A program made the position numbers and the translations under genes. The notes under the pieces were generated by a model. That model was given only the letters and a program-made list of their open reading frames with translations. It made no database searches and was not told the DNA's origin. DNA of 64,000 nt from Octopus sinensis (taxonomy: Eukaryota): positions 1 to 64,000 of the forward strand of contig NW_021834783.1 in assembly GCF_006345805.1 (NCBI RefSeq), given 5' to 3'. Positions 11,741 through 24,375 of the stretch are shown in pieces (position 1 is the stretch's first letter; each line of letters opens with the position of its first letter).

Positions 11741-11952
11741 ATGACTGAAGATAGTGCAGGGGTGATAACAGTCACCTGTGGAAATTTGGTTGGTAAACTA
11801 CATATGGAGAAATTTATTTGTCCTGGCATTCACCGAGAATGTATTGAGTTTGAAGGCCGTTTTATCTCTCCGAAGCTGTTTTCTGTCATGGGCGAGAAAG
11901 AAAAGCTTAAAGACTGGAAGAATGCTGTTCGAATGAATGGCATCCAACTCAG
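11741..11952 (+). CDS. GMEB1: GMEB-like SAND-domain transcription factor, first visible coding exon
   Basis: ttacAG|ATG; MTEDSAGVITVTCGNLVGKLHMEKFICPGIHREC...KLKDWKNAVRMNGIQLR carries the SAND KDWK motif; donor ag|GT, phase 2. GMEB1 versus GMEB2 cannot be resolved (probably a single invertebrate co-orthologue). Confidence 0.9.
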
Positions 11953-13833
11953 GTATTTCATCTTTGATCTGTTTCATTAAAGTTTTCGTTACCAAACCGC
12001 CCAAACCCGCCCGAATTTACCTATTCATATTTAAATGAGAATATCAGAGCAAATCTCTTTAGTACATTCGTGAAAACATGTGATTATGCTTTGTAAACAG
12101 TTAATCTACAGTTTTGTACAACGATCGACGTGTAATTTTAATTCCCTGAATTTTGGGAGATTTTTTTCGGCATCGATTTTTCTTCAACTTTGAAAATGGA
12201 TAGGAGTTTCATGTTATCAAGCATTGATTCCGAATTGGAAAATTTGTGAAACAAATACTGGGTACTGTTGTGGATTTAGTTTTTATACAGGGAAACTAAT
12301 GTTAGTCAGCATGACTTAGGGTATGATGTGGTCTGGACGTTATTGTTTGAAGTGATCAATGCGGAAACAAACTTACGCTGAATGTAAACAAACACAAAAT
12401 GGGGGTTCAGATTTCGGAAAATTTGTGAAGCAAATACTGAGTACTGCGTGGATTTAGTTTTTATACAGGGAAAATAATGTTAGTCAGCATGGCCTAGGGA
12501 ACGATGTGGTCTGGAATTTATCACTTCCATACCATAACCAGGGCCGTATATTATTTTTTGACCGATTTCTTTAGTTCAGTCAAATTTACGGTGGATTCCA
12601 GTATTTCACTTTATTCCACCTTTATGGTACACCTGTTGTGCACTAAATTCAACAGATGATATAGTGATGTGCACAATTCTTCTTTATCAAAATTTTGTTG
12701 CATACCCATTTGAATATTAGCTGATGATTCATTTTCTATGGTGATGTTTAAACAAAATTTTAATATTTTTACCTTTTGCTCAATTAAAAATTTTAATATT
12801 TTTACCTTTTTGCTCAATTTACGTGGATTTACCTGTAATTAAAGTCACTTTGAGACAAAAGTTATGCAATAGAATTGATTAAGAACCCTTTCTTTAATTA
12901 TGTTCCAAATATCACATTAATATGTTGATAAGTAAAAAAGTTACAGTTATTTAATGAAACAAGCCTAGATTCATGATTATTTTAGAATTTAATTGAAACT
13001 CATGAGTGTATTTCGGTCAGAAATATAGTAACGAAAGGGTTAAAGTTTTTTATCACAGTTTTTACCTTATTTGGAATGGAGGCACCACCTTGAAGAATTT
13101 TTAGTCGAATGAACGAATCAATTCCAGTACTTTTTTTTTTCAAAGCCTGGTACTTATTCTATCAGTCTCTTTTGCTGAAGCACTAAGTTACAGGACCATA
13201 AACACAAACACATACACAATGGTCTTTCAGTTTCTGTCTACCAAATCCACTCACAAAGCTTTGGCCTGCCTGAGGCTGTAGTAGAAGACACTTGTGCAAG
13301 GTGCCATGCTGTGGAACTGAACCCGGAACCATGTGGTTGGGAAGCAAGCTTCTTATCACACAGCCACATGTTAATCTATTCTAAGAAATTTAATGATATC
13401 AATGCAGTAATGCTTCATGTTTATAAACAAGCAAAGTTTTGGGAAATTAAAGAATCTCTTTGTATAGAATTTATTGATTTGTATACTTTGCTGATACAAA
13501 CAACACTTAATAGTCAAGACATCACTTTTACCATTTTTATGTCTCAAGCTGCCCCTCCACTCCTGGTCCTCACTTACTACATTCACTTCTACCCCCATCA
13601 CTACTCTTGCACATAGCTAAGTGGTTAGGGTGCTCAGCTTACGATTGTAAGCTTGTGAGTTTGATACCTGGCAGTATAGTGTTTCCTTGAGCAAGACACT
13701 TTACTCCATGTTGCTCCAGTCCCCTCAGCTGGCAAAAATGAGCTGTAGCTGTGATTCAAAGGGCCAGCCTTGCCTCGTTCCATGTCGTGCTGAATCTTCC
13801 TGAGAACTACATTAAGGGTCCCTGTGTCTGTGG

Positions 13834-14063
13834 CGAGCTGGCAGAATCATTAACACGCCAAGCGAAATGCTTAGCGGTATTTTGTCTGCCGCAACGTTCT
13901 GAGTTCAAATTCCGCCGAGGTCGACTTTGCCTTTCATCCTCTCGGGGTCGATAAATTAAGTACCAGTTATGCACTGGGGTCAATCTAATCGACTTAATCC
14001 GTTTGTCTGTCCTTGCTTGTCCTCTCTGTGTTTAGCCCCTTGTGGGTAGTAAAGAAATAGGTA
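13834..14063 (+). mobile_element. OK-like SINE inserted into a CORE-like SINE (about 13612-14160)
   Basis: 13-bp TSD CCTGTGTCTGTGG at 13821-13833 and 14064-14076; the uninterrupted host sequence is seen near 19640-19680. Confidence 0.88.
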
Positions 14064-14206
14064 CCTGTGTCTGTGGAGTGCTCAGCATCTTACACATTAT
14101 TATATTGTGTGTATGTATTTGTGTGTGTGTGTATCCTAGTCTTGACATCATGTGGTGTTTGTAGGAAAAGCATTTGGGCTGTAGAAAATCTGCCTCAACA
14201 AATTCT

Positions 14207-14429
14207 GGGTACTATTAGCGAACAGTGGTCCCGGTGTGTGCACACGCGCATCCGCAGTAGCTAGTCGTAAGTAGTCAATCTTAAATAATTTTTAAACTAA
14301 GTAAATAAATTATTTTTATAAACAAACTAAGGTTAGGGTTAAAAAGTCATTGTTGGATCGACTACTTATGAAGAGCTAGCGCGGATGCACGTGTGCACGC
14401 ACCAGGACCACTGTTCACTAGTAGTACCC
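14207..14429. mobile_element. MITE with GGGTACTA TIRs and 6-bp TSD
   Basis: TIRs of about 50-70 bp; AATTCT at 14201-14206 and 14430-14435. Confidence 0.8.
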
Positions 14430-14549
14430 AATTCTGTGTGGCCCATTCAGGCTTGGAAAAGTAGATGTTACATAATAATGATGATGATAATACAAATGTA
14501 TAAAGTGGTGTAGAGTTGTTCTAAATGTCTTCACTTTCATTCCCTTCAG

Positions 14550-14871
14550 GAAGTACATTGAATCAGGACAGTTGGATTTTACTAATCACCAAGAGATGTG
14601 TACAGGTCGCTGTGTACCGCACGCACCTTTGAAGACAATGGTATTTGATGATGGCACTTTGGCCCCAATCTCAACTCTGCTGGCAGAGACTGGGATTAGC
14701 ATTAAAGAAAACAATTATCTCTATGTTTCTGAACAGACTTCTGGCAAAATTGCTGAAGCAGTAGGAAGTCAGTATACGTATGTTAATCAATCTCAAAACC
14801 AAGATGACCCCGATGTCAAACCAAGTGTACAGGTTCTGCATAGAGCTGTGACAGCTGAAAACACTGAAGAA

Positions 14872-14902
<31 letters not shown>

Positions 14903-14914
14903 AACCACCTGATG
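14550..14914 (+). CDS. GMEB1: GMEB-like coding exon 2 (end of SAND with Zn ligands; Q11 tract)
   Basis: KYIESGQLDFTNHQEMCTGRC matches the GMEB H-x3-C-x3-C motif after the SAND core; AG/GT boundaries keep frame. Confidence 0.9.
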
Positions 14915-15804
14915 GTATGTAATTTGCTATTTATTAACTAATGAACATCTATCCTTGTGCCTCTTAATCTTTCAAACGCTCAACTGGCACAAAGCCACTC
15001 CTGCTTCAATACGATTTCCCGTGTCCTCCAAGCCAAGAAGTTTTGCCTTGCAAATTGCTTGGTGACCCTGTTGGTGTTGGTGCCATGAAGGGCATCCAGC
15101 TGTAGAAACCATGCAAGAACAGACAATGGAGCCTGGTGCAATTCCAGCCTTACCAACTCCTATCAAACTGCCCAACCCATTCCAGCATAGAACAATGACA
15201 TTAAATGATGATGATGATGATGATCACTTCTGGTTCCTTTTTATTAGGCAATCTACCATAGAACCTAACTCTTTCCTCTTTCTTTTTGTTTGTTTTGTTT
15301 AAGCTCTGCTTCTTCTAGAAATTCACATCTTTTAATCTTTTACTTGTTTCAGTCATTGGACTGTGGCCATGCAAGGGTTACTACCTTAAAGGGTATTTTT
15401 AGTTGAACTAATTAACCCCAGTACTTTAACTCTTGTACTTATTCTATCATTGACTCATGACAAACCACTTACAGGGATGTTAACAAACCAACACTGGCTC
15501 TTAATGAGTGCTAGGGGACAAACACAAAGATGCACACACACACACACATATATATTGGGTCATCCCATAAATAACAGTTATTTCAATTGGATGAACTAAA
15601 AGTCGGAGGACAGGATAAACTACCTGCATCAACTTGCTATAAAAGCAGGTAGTAATTTTACCTTGTGCTTATTCTTGGTGCAAATTTTGAAGAGTACTTT
15701 TTTCAGGAAACCTTTGGTCCCCTTGTGAGTCTACTTCGGTAGGTGGAAACTGTGTAGAGCCAATCAAATAATGTATTTTAATTACTATATTACACTGGGT
15801 GTAG

Positions 15805-16037
15805 TTAAGGCAGTGAGCTAGCAGAAACGTTGGCACGCCGGACGAAATTCTTAGTGGTATTTCGTCTGCCGTTACGTTGAGAGTTCAAATTCCGCCGAGG
15901 TCGACTTTGCCTTTCATCCTTTCGGGGTCGATTAAATAAGTACCAGTTACGCACTGGGGTCAATGTAATCAACTTAATCCCTTTGTCCTTGTTTGTTCCC
16001 TCTATGTTTAGCCCCTTGTGGGCAATAAAGAAATACA
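15805..16037 (+). mobile_element. OK-like SINE with about 17-bp TSD, followed by a CORE-type SINE (16050-16440)
   Basis: TATTACACTGGGTGTAG (15788-15804) versus TATTAGACTGGGTGTAG (16038-16054). Confidence 0.85.
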
Positions 16038-17613
16038 TATTAGACTGGGTGTAGGCGTGGCTGTGTGGTATGAAGTTTGCTTTCCAATCACACGGTTCCA
16101 GGTTCACTCCCACTGTGTGGTACTTTGGACAGATGTCATCTACTATAGCTTCAGCCTGACTGAAACCCTGCTCTGGATGGACTGATTTAATAGACGGAAA
16201 CTGAAAGAAGCCTGTTGTATCTATGTGTGTGTGTGTTTGTCACCCACCATCACTTGACAACTGGTGTTGATTTGTTTGTCTCCATAACTTAGCAGTTCAG
16301 CAAAAGAACCGATGGAATAAGTACCAGGCTTAAGATGAAAAGTACTGGGGTCAAACAAATCGACCCCAGTACTAAAATTTCTTCAAGGAGGTGCTTCAGC
16401 ATGGCCACAGTCTAATAACTGAAACAAATAAAAGATAAAAGATATTCTTTTCTACTCTAGGCACGAGGCCTGAAATTTTTTAGGGGAAGGGGTCAGTCGA
16501 TAAGATTGACCCTCAGTACACAACTGGTATTTAATTTATTGACCACGAAAGGATGACAGGCAAAGTTGACCTTGGTGGAATTTGAACTCAGAACATAAAG
16601 ACATGAAAACTGCTAAGCATTTCCCCCAGGGTGCTCACGTTTCTGCCAGCGTGCTGCCTTAAAAGATAAAAGATATTATCACAAGAATGGTTTCCTGCTG
16701 GGTTTTATTTATATTCTTACAATCTTTCCAAAAGTGAATTGTTTTCGCCTTCTGTTGAAAGGCTGTCCTAATTGTCAAATGCTTGAAGCATTTTTTAACT
16801 GGATGTTTGTTGATTTTTGACAACAATGATTCAATTTTTTGATCCATGCGATTTCTTCTCCTTCACTTTGAATGGGTTTCCACTTGATAGATGGGTCTTC
16901 TCCCTGACTGTTCATTGAATTAACAGCCAAGTAGTGTTGGAGGCACAAAACAGCACTCAGTACACCAGTACACACTGTAAAGTGGTTGGCATTAGGAAGG
17001 GCATTTGGCCAAAGAAGCTTTGCCAAAGCTGCAATTGAAGGGCAATGCAGCCCTGTGGCTTGCCAAATCCTGTTGAACAAACCACACACACGATGAGCTT
17101 CTTTCTGTGTCTGCCTATCAAATCCACTCACAAGGCACTTTTGTCAACCCTGGGTTATAGTAGAAGACACTTGCCCAAGGTGCCCAACAGTGGAACTGAA
17201 CCTAGAACCATGTAGTTGGGAAGCAAGCTTCTTATTCACACAACCACTCCTTTCTAGTTTCCATGAAGATTATTTTCTTTACTTCTTGTTTTACATATTT
17301 CACGTCCTTAATTAAAGCAATTTCTAAAAATTCTTTGCAGCCCCTTGAAGCCTCAATCTTCAGGGCCTTGAGTTGTTTCTTGAATACAATATTTAAAGGA
17401 AGATATTTGGTCCTGTAGTTTGTTTGGTTTATCCTATTGAAAAAGGTTTACTGTGGAATGTATTTTGAACACTTCAGTTGCGGACACTTGACATTTCATG
17501 TCAAGTGCCAAATTAAATATTCTATACTTCAGTGCTGTGCTTATCTCGAAAACTCTTTTTGTTTTAATAAGTCAAAATGAGTCTTTTTTGGTTTTGTTTC
17601 TTTCTTTTTGCAG

Positions 17614-17685
17614 TTTTACAGACATTTCCTCGTGCTAGTTCTACTGGTGAGATGGCTTATGTTGGAGCACAGCCCGGTGGCTCTG
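17614..17685 (+). CDS. GMEB1: GMEB-like coding exon 3
   Basis: Long polypyrimidine tract + CAG; (V)LQTFPRASSTGEMAYVGAQPGGS; GTAAG donor; phase 1/1. Confidence 0.75.
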
Positions 17686-20317
17686 GTAAGGTTTGAGCTC
17701 ACGACTGTGATCATCGCTCTAGTAGCTTAACCACATAGCCATTGTACTTCATCAACTAACAACTGTTCTTGTTTCATGAAATACTTACCAAGACACATTC
17801 TCACACTGATAAATAAACTCCTTAGTATCTCTGTTATTAATCACCATCATCATTTGGCACATGTGGTCGTGATCCCTGTGCCAGTGGCACGTAAAAAGCA
17901 CCTTCCAAACGTGACTGATGCCAGCGCCGCCTTGATTGGCTTCTGTGCCGGTGGCACGTAAATAGCACCAACCGATCGTGGCCGCTACCAGCCTCCCCTG
18001 GCACATAAAAAGCACCCGCCTCACTCACAAAGTGATTGGTGTTAGTAAGGGCATCCAGCTGTAGAAACACTGCCAGATCAGATTGGACCCTGGTCGAATC
18101 GTCCAACCCGTGCTAGCACGGAAAACGGACGTTAAACAATGATGATGATGAAAAGCAATGACATTTGAACACCTGGAGGTTTGCTTTTCTATGTTAGTCT
18201 GTTTTACTGGCATTGACTAAGCTAAAGATATCTTAGTGGTTTTTGTATTGAGGGAAAATACTAATGAAAGCTAAACGAACCAACTGAGTTGATTGGAGAC
18301 AAATTAGAATGTCATCTTTGCCATCATTGTTTGCTTTCCATGCTGTCAGGAGTTAGAGGGGTTGCCACAGTTTGCAGAATTACTACCCTCTTTGACATAG
18401 TTGCAGGAAAGCACCTTGTTCTTGTATTTTGTACTGGCAAGGTATCTATGGTTGGATGTACTTCAATCATTTTACCGAATGTACTGGGTGCATTTTATCA
18501 TGGTGCCAGCTCTAGGCAGGTTGTTATGTCCTCAGTAAGAATAAAGGGTCCTTTCAACCTTAGGATACCCCTGCTTGTTTACCGACCTCTTTGCAGAGTG
18601 AATGGGGTACAGTTTATGATGGCACCAGCACCAGTGAGGTTACCTTCTACTCAGCAAAACTGTTGCAAATCTCAGTTCTCTCTCCCTCTCCATATTTCTC
18701 TGCTTTATTTTGTGCAACAAAGCAAACAACAAACATAATCTACAAAGTGTGGGAGGATTGATGGAAACAAACTAATATAACATCACCATCATTGTCGTCA
18801 TCACTTTAACGTCTGTTTTGTGACGTGTCTGTGTCATTGTTTTGACATTGTGTGCTGTTGCAAATGAGCATCATTTATGTACAGTTTTTCCATGAAAAAA
18901 TATCTGGCTATGGGGAGGTGCATGGCTTTGTGGTTAGGGTGTGGGATTCATGATTGTAAGATTGTGGTTTCGATTCCTGGACCAGACCATGCACTGTGTT
19001 CTTGACCAAAATATTTCATTTTACGTTGCTCCAGTCAGCTGGCAGGAATGAGCAATCCTGTGGTGGACCATGAGGAATATATTTTCCAGAGAAACTGGGA
19101 AACCAGTCCTATGCTCCTGACGGAGTAATATGGACTAACCGATGGGGAAATATTATGTTGCTTGGAAACAGGTTAGGGTTGGCAACAGGAAGTGCACCCA
19201 GCCTTAGAATCTGCCTCAGTGAACTTCATCTGAAGCCCTCAGATGTCTTTATTCCTTACTCTTCGCTTAGAATACACTCAAAATAATTTCATTACATTCA
19301 ATCTCTTTTTCTCTTTTTGTAATCACCAGGCAGGTCTGTGTGGTTAGGAAGTGTGCTTTGCAAGTGTGTGATCTCAGGTTCAATTCCAGTGCACAACACC
19401 TTAGTTTAATTGTCGTCCACCACAGCCTCAGGTCAACGAATTGAAAGTGCGTGGCTTCATAGTTAAAGTTTTCGGCTGACAATCGTAAGGTCATGAGTTC
19501 AATATCCAGCACCACATTGTATCCTTAGGCAAGACACTTTATTTCACATTGCTCCAATTCATTCAGCTTACGAAAATGAGTTGTACCTGTGATTCAAAGG
19601 GGTCAGTCATGACAGTCTGTGACACACTGCATCTCCTTGAGAACTACATTGAGGATACGTGTGTCTGTGGAGTACTCAGCCACTTGCACATTAATTTCCC
19701 CATTAAGCCGTTCTATTGATTCTATCAACTGAAACTCTCCTTGTTGTAACTGATGCAAAGCCAGTTACGTCAGCCAAATCTTTCATCATCATCATCGTTT
19801 AACGTCCGCCTTCCATGCTGTCATGGGTTGGACGATTTTGACTGAGGACTGGCAAACCAGATGGCCACACCAGGCTCCAATCTTGATCGGCAGAGTTTCT
19901 ACAGCTGGATGCCCTTCCTAACACCAACCACTCCGAGAGTGTAGAGGGTGCTTTTTATGTGCCACCGGCATGGGGCCAGTCAGTCGGTACTAGCAATGAC
20001 TTCGCTCGAATCTTTTTACACATGCCACTGGCACAGGTGCCAGTAAGGCGACGTTGGTAACGATCACGCTCGAATGGTGCCTTTTACGTGCCACCAGCAC
20101 GGAGAGTAAACTATGAAATCCTTTGGAAGGACTAATCTCGTTCTTGGGGGGTAGACTTTAGCTTCTGGTTTAGCACTACCACCACTTGGCTTTTGGGTGT
20201 CTTTGTTAGTGTCCATTCTGTGCCAGTGCTCAGGCCAGATCTCTCAAATGACAACTTCCTTTCTTTCTCCTATCAGTCTTGCAAAGGATCATGGGTGCTA
20301 CTCTTCTCTGGCTAAAT

Positions 20318-20567
20318 CAGTGGTCCTCAGCCCTTTTTTTTTTACTATGGACCCTTTTGATTCCTATTTTATTCTACTGGACTTCAATAGCCATTCACTG
20401 CATATAAAAAAGAAATCCTACTGTATTTTTATAATTAAATATTACTAGGGATTGTATAAAAATATTAAAATATTTTGTGTATTGTAGAATTATAACCAAC
20501 TTATTGCAGTTAAATTTTAAATAACAAACTCTTATATAGACCCCCAAGGGTCATATGAAAACCACTG
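20318..20567. mobile_element. hAT-type MITE
   Basis: CAGTGGT...ACCACTG ends with 8-bp TSD GGCTAAAT/GGCTAAAC. Confidence 0.75.
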
Positions 20568-20808
20568 GGCTAAACCACTAAAAATAAACAAGTGAAATAG
20601 TCCAGAAGAATTTTTTGAATTCTCTTACAGTTGATTCTAATATTCTATTCTAAATTAATTTTTACATTCTAAATTCTATTACATTTTCATTTATATATAT
20701 ATACATATATATATATATACATCTTAGGAGTCAAACTTTCCATTGAGTGTATAATTGTTTACTGTTATTCCTTGAAGAAATGATGTTCGTGTTTTTCGTC
20801 TCTTGTAG

Positions 20809-20931
20809 AAAGTCAGCTATTTTGGAAAGGAATCATTGAGCTCGGACTTGCTGATGAAATATTTCGGGAATTTAAGAACACCTTGGACAATATAAAATAT
20901 AAGCTCATTCGAAACCAATGTCCACTTGAAG
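20809..20931 (+). CDS. GMEB1: GMEB-like coding exon 4
   Basis: ESQLFWKGIIELGLADEIFREFKNTLDNIK resembles the GMEB FWKGI.D.GL segment; AG/GTAAG boundaries. Confidence 0.9.
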
Positions 20932-20997
20932 GTAAGTTTAACTTTGTTATAAATCAATGTCAGATCAGTCCTGAATGAGCGTACCTAGGCTCTAAAC

Positions 20998-21680
20998 CAG
21001 GGTTTCTCAACATTTTTACCCTTGCATAACCATTAAAATAAATTACATGTCTCAAGGAACTCCTGCACAAAAAAATTATATACCATGTCTTTCTCATATT
21101 TTTTTCATCGTAGTTCACGTAGTAAATATCATATATATATATATATATATGGTTGTTATATTTTTTTGATAATATAATAGGTTAGATAGGATGATGTCTA
21201 TATTACAATAACCAATAATATGTTGTACATTTATAGTAATATTAGCAGTATCGCCCGGCGTTGCTCGGGTTTGTTTTGACCCTTTAGAATTGGAATTTTT
21301 GAAAAGTAAAAATTTTGCATTATGTAGCTTGTTATTCTCTTTAAGTGAACATTTTTCTGTTTGAAATACATCAAAAAATGGCGACACAGCAGTAAAAAAA
21401 ATCGTAAAAAATAGGGATTTTCATAGAAAAAAATCACATTTTTGGTGTTAACATAGTCCGATTTGAATTTTTTATTCTACGGAAGGAAGAGCAAGCCTTC
21501 TTCTATCATACTCTCAATTTTGGTCAATTTGCACCGCAGGGTCTTGGAGGAGATAGTGTTAGTTGAAGGCTACCCAAACCTGCCATACACAGACAACTTC
21601 AGCTTTATATATAGAGATTATGATCATGAAATTAGCATTGGCTTATTTCTTTCTCATGGAACCCCAGTTGAGAAACACTG
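20998..21680. mobile_element. hAT-type MITE containing a Helitron insertion
   Basis: CAGGGTTTCTCAAC ... GTTGAGAAACACTG with 8-bp TSD CTCTAAAC/CTCTAACC. Confidence 0.8.
21242..21617 (-). mobile_element. Non-autonomous Helitron
   Basis: On the minus strand: a|TC start, 3' hairpin CCCGAGCAACGCCGGG, CTAA|t end, no TSD. Confidence 0.75.
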
Positions 21681-22964
21681 CTCTAACCTATTGCAGCCAT
21701 GACTGTCCTGTCTTTTATTGAACATTGTGTATTTAGGACTACATTATTCAGTGTGTGTCTCCCTTTTTAAGGTGATAGTGTGTAATTTCAATGCAATAGT
21801 TGTAAACGAGTATCACTGTTGTACAAGCAGTGTCCTTTATTTCCAATCTTCCATGAAAACATGTCTGGCGGTGGAAAAATATTGTCTTGCTTAGAAACAG
21901 GTGTGTGTGGGTGACACAAAGGACATTTGGTAATAGAAAAATCTGCTTTGACAAATTCTGTCTTATATTCATGCAAAATATCTTTTGAAAGTCGTGAGCT
22001 ACAAACTGTGGTGTTGTAGTCAGTTGCCTTGTCAACAAATCATTGCTCACTTTATGCTTTCAATGACATCATCATCACCATTTAATGTCCGTTTTCCAGC
22101 ACGGGTTGGATGGTTTGACCGGTGTCTGGGAAGCCAGGAGGCTGCACCAGGCTCCAGTCTGATCTGGCAGTGTTTCTACAGCTGGATGCCCTTCCTAACA
22201 CCAACCACTCTGTGAGTGTAGTGGGTGCTTTTTCCGTGCCACCGGCACAGGGGCCAGAGGAGGCTGGCAACGGCCACGGTCGGTTGGTGCTTTTTACGTG
22301 CCACTGGCACTGAAGCCAGTCAAGGCGGCGCTGGCATTGGCCACGTTCGGATGGTGCTTTTTACATGCCACCGGCACTGGTATCACAACTACAATTTCCA
22401 TTGATTTTTGATGTTGATGTACTTGACTCAATAGGTCTCCTCAAGCACAGGGTCGAAACGGTGTTTCTTTACTTGCCACCTGCACAGGAGTCAGTCCAGT
22501 GGCACTGGCAACTGCAGGGTGCCAGTCGTAGGACTTGGATGGGAAATAAAAGAACTCTTACTTGAAAACCGGGTAAGGCTTGATGACAGGAAGGCCGTCT
22601 GATTGCAGAGCACTGCCTCAGTTAATGTAAGATGTCAAAGCCTGGAAAAAGAAGAGACAAAAAAAGACATAAAACAAATTGAGAAAGAATTTCTTTTCTG
22701 GTATCAAAACCTTCAAGTCTGTTTTATTACTGAAAATTGATTTGAAGAATAATAATAACATTGTAATATCATTCCATATCATTGCAAGACCGTTAGTATG
22801 CTGGGCAAAATGCTTAACTGCATTTCATGTTTGTAGATTCTGAGTTCAAATGCTACCAGGGTCGGTGTAATCCACTTTCCACTGCTCTGAAATTGCTGGC
22901 CTTGTGTCAAAATACTTCACAGTATTTCGTCCATCCTTAAATCCTTAAAAATGTTTTAGCCCGA

Positions 22965-23440
22965 AGGCCACGGCCATGCTGGGGCACCACCACTGAATGA
23001 GATACACTAATATGTAAATCCACCTCTGATACATGGCACTTGATCAACAAGGGATTTCGATGCTGCTGCCCGCATCTGCGTCTCCTGTCGTGAGGTAGGT
23101 TCATCTGGGACTCCCGACAAGAAGAGATCCAGTTTAGTTGTAAAGAAACCCACATCCACACCATGTAAGTCTCTCAGGCATTTAGGGAGGATGTTAAAGA
23201 GCTGTGGTCCTCTGAAACCCAAGCTGTTGCAGTATCTGGACCTGTATTTTGATGGTGATGTTGGAATCTTTGGCACCATGCAGTGGCGCCCTGTTCTGCG
23301 GTTGGGGTAACTTTGAATGCCAAAGTTTGGGACAAGACCCTCCAGGATTTTCCAGATGTATATCACCGCATATCTCTCCCGCCTCCGCTCTAGGGAGAAG
23401 AGGTTTAATACTTTCAGTCTTTCCCAGTAGCTTGATGTTC
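22965..23440 (-). mobile_element. CR1-clade LINE 3' fragment
   Basis: SYWERLKVLNLFSLERRRERYAVIYIWKILEGLVPN...GPQLFNILP...KLDLFLSGVPDEP. Confidence 0.85.
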
Positions 23441-23615
23441 TGAGTTCAAATTCGGCTAAAGCTGACTTTGCCTTTCATCTTTTTGCGGTCGATAAAGTAA
23501 GTACCAATTGTGTACTGGGCTCGATGTAATTGACTTATCTCCTTCCCCCAAATTGCAGGCCTTGTGCCAAAATTTGAAATTAGTGTTATTCCATATGCTT
23601 AATTATGAATTGCAG

Positions 23616-23738
23616 AAGTGCGGAAGGTTTCTAGAGTTGTCAGTGAACTGGGTTTGACATCGAAACTGAAATACAGGTTGGCAGCTCACAAGACTGACAT
23701 GGAACGGCAGAAAGATAAACTTGATAAAGAAATGGAAG
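23616..23738 (+). CDS. GMEB1: GMEB-like coding exon 5 (coiled coil)
   Basis: EVRKVSRVVSELGLTSKLKYRLAAHKTDMERQKDKLDKEME; AG/GT boundaries, phase 1/1. Confidence 0.85.
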
Positions 23739-24342
23739 GTAAAGTGTCTACATTCTTTCGTTTTATTTTCTTTGGTGGTATTGGTTTGAAATTTGTAAGT
23801 TTAGGTTTTTCGTTGAGGGGGGGGGGGTGATTCAAGCTGTTATTGTGGTAATTAAAAAGAAAAATTTGTTTGTCTTTAAATAAAACCTCTTTAACAACCA
23901 CTTTGAGCGTCTTTTTGAGCTCCATGTGTCTAACACATGTAGGCATGTCTACAAAGTCAGTAAACAGCTCAGCTCCCACGACTTTTGAAAACATTTTTTC
24001 ACACTCAGAGTTGCTGAAGAATGAAACAAACTACCTGCTTCAGTTGTTAGTTGCTGAGACATTGCATCCTTTATTATGGATGTAAAACAAATGGACGGGG
24101 ACACACACACACACACATACATAATATATTTAGATCAAATTTACAGAAAACAAAAGACAAAGACAGGTAAAGGAACAATAAGCAGGTATATTAGTTTAAT
24201 GCTCAGAACGAATGGAAAAGTTGTTGACATTTCGAGCCTATGCTCTTTGACAGAAAGGATTAAGAGGAGAAAAAATATGTAGGGATTAACGGTTCAACAT
24301 GATGAAATGGCTGGAAGAAAGGGCCTGAAAAAAAATATACAT

Positions 24343-24375
<33 letters not shown>

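Noticed and set aside
11741-11952. DEAF1 or Sp100-type identity for the SAND gene
   Set aside because: The C...H-x3-C-x3-C zinc ligands and the FWKGI segment fit GMEB, and no MYND finger is present.
16690-16940. Possible LINE coding remnant on the minus strand
   Set aside because: No diagnostic motif could be read.
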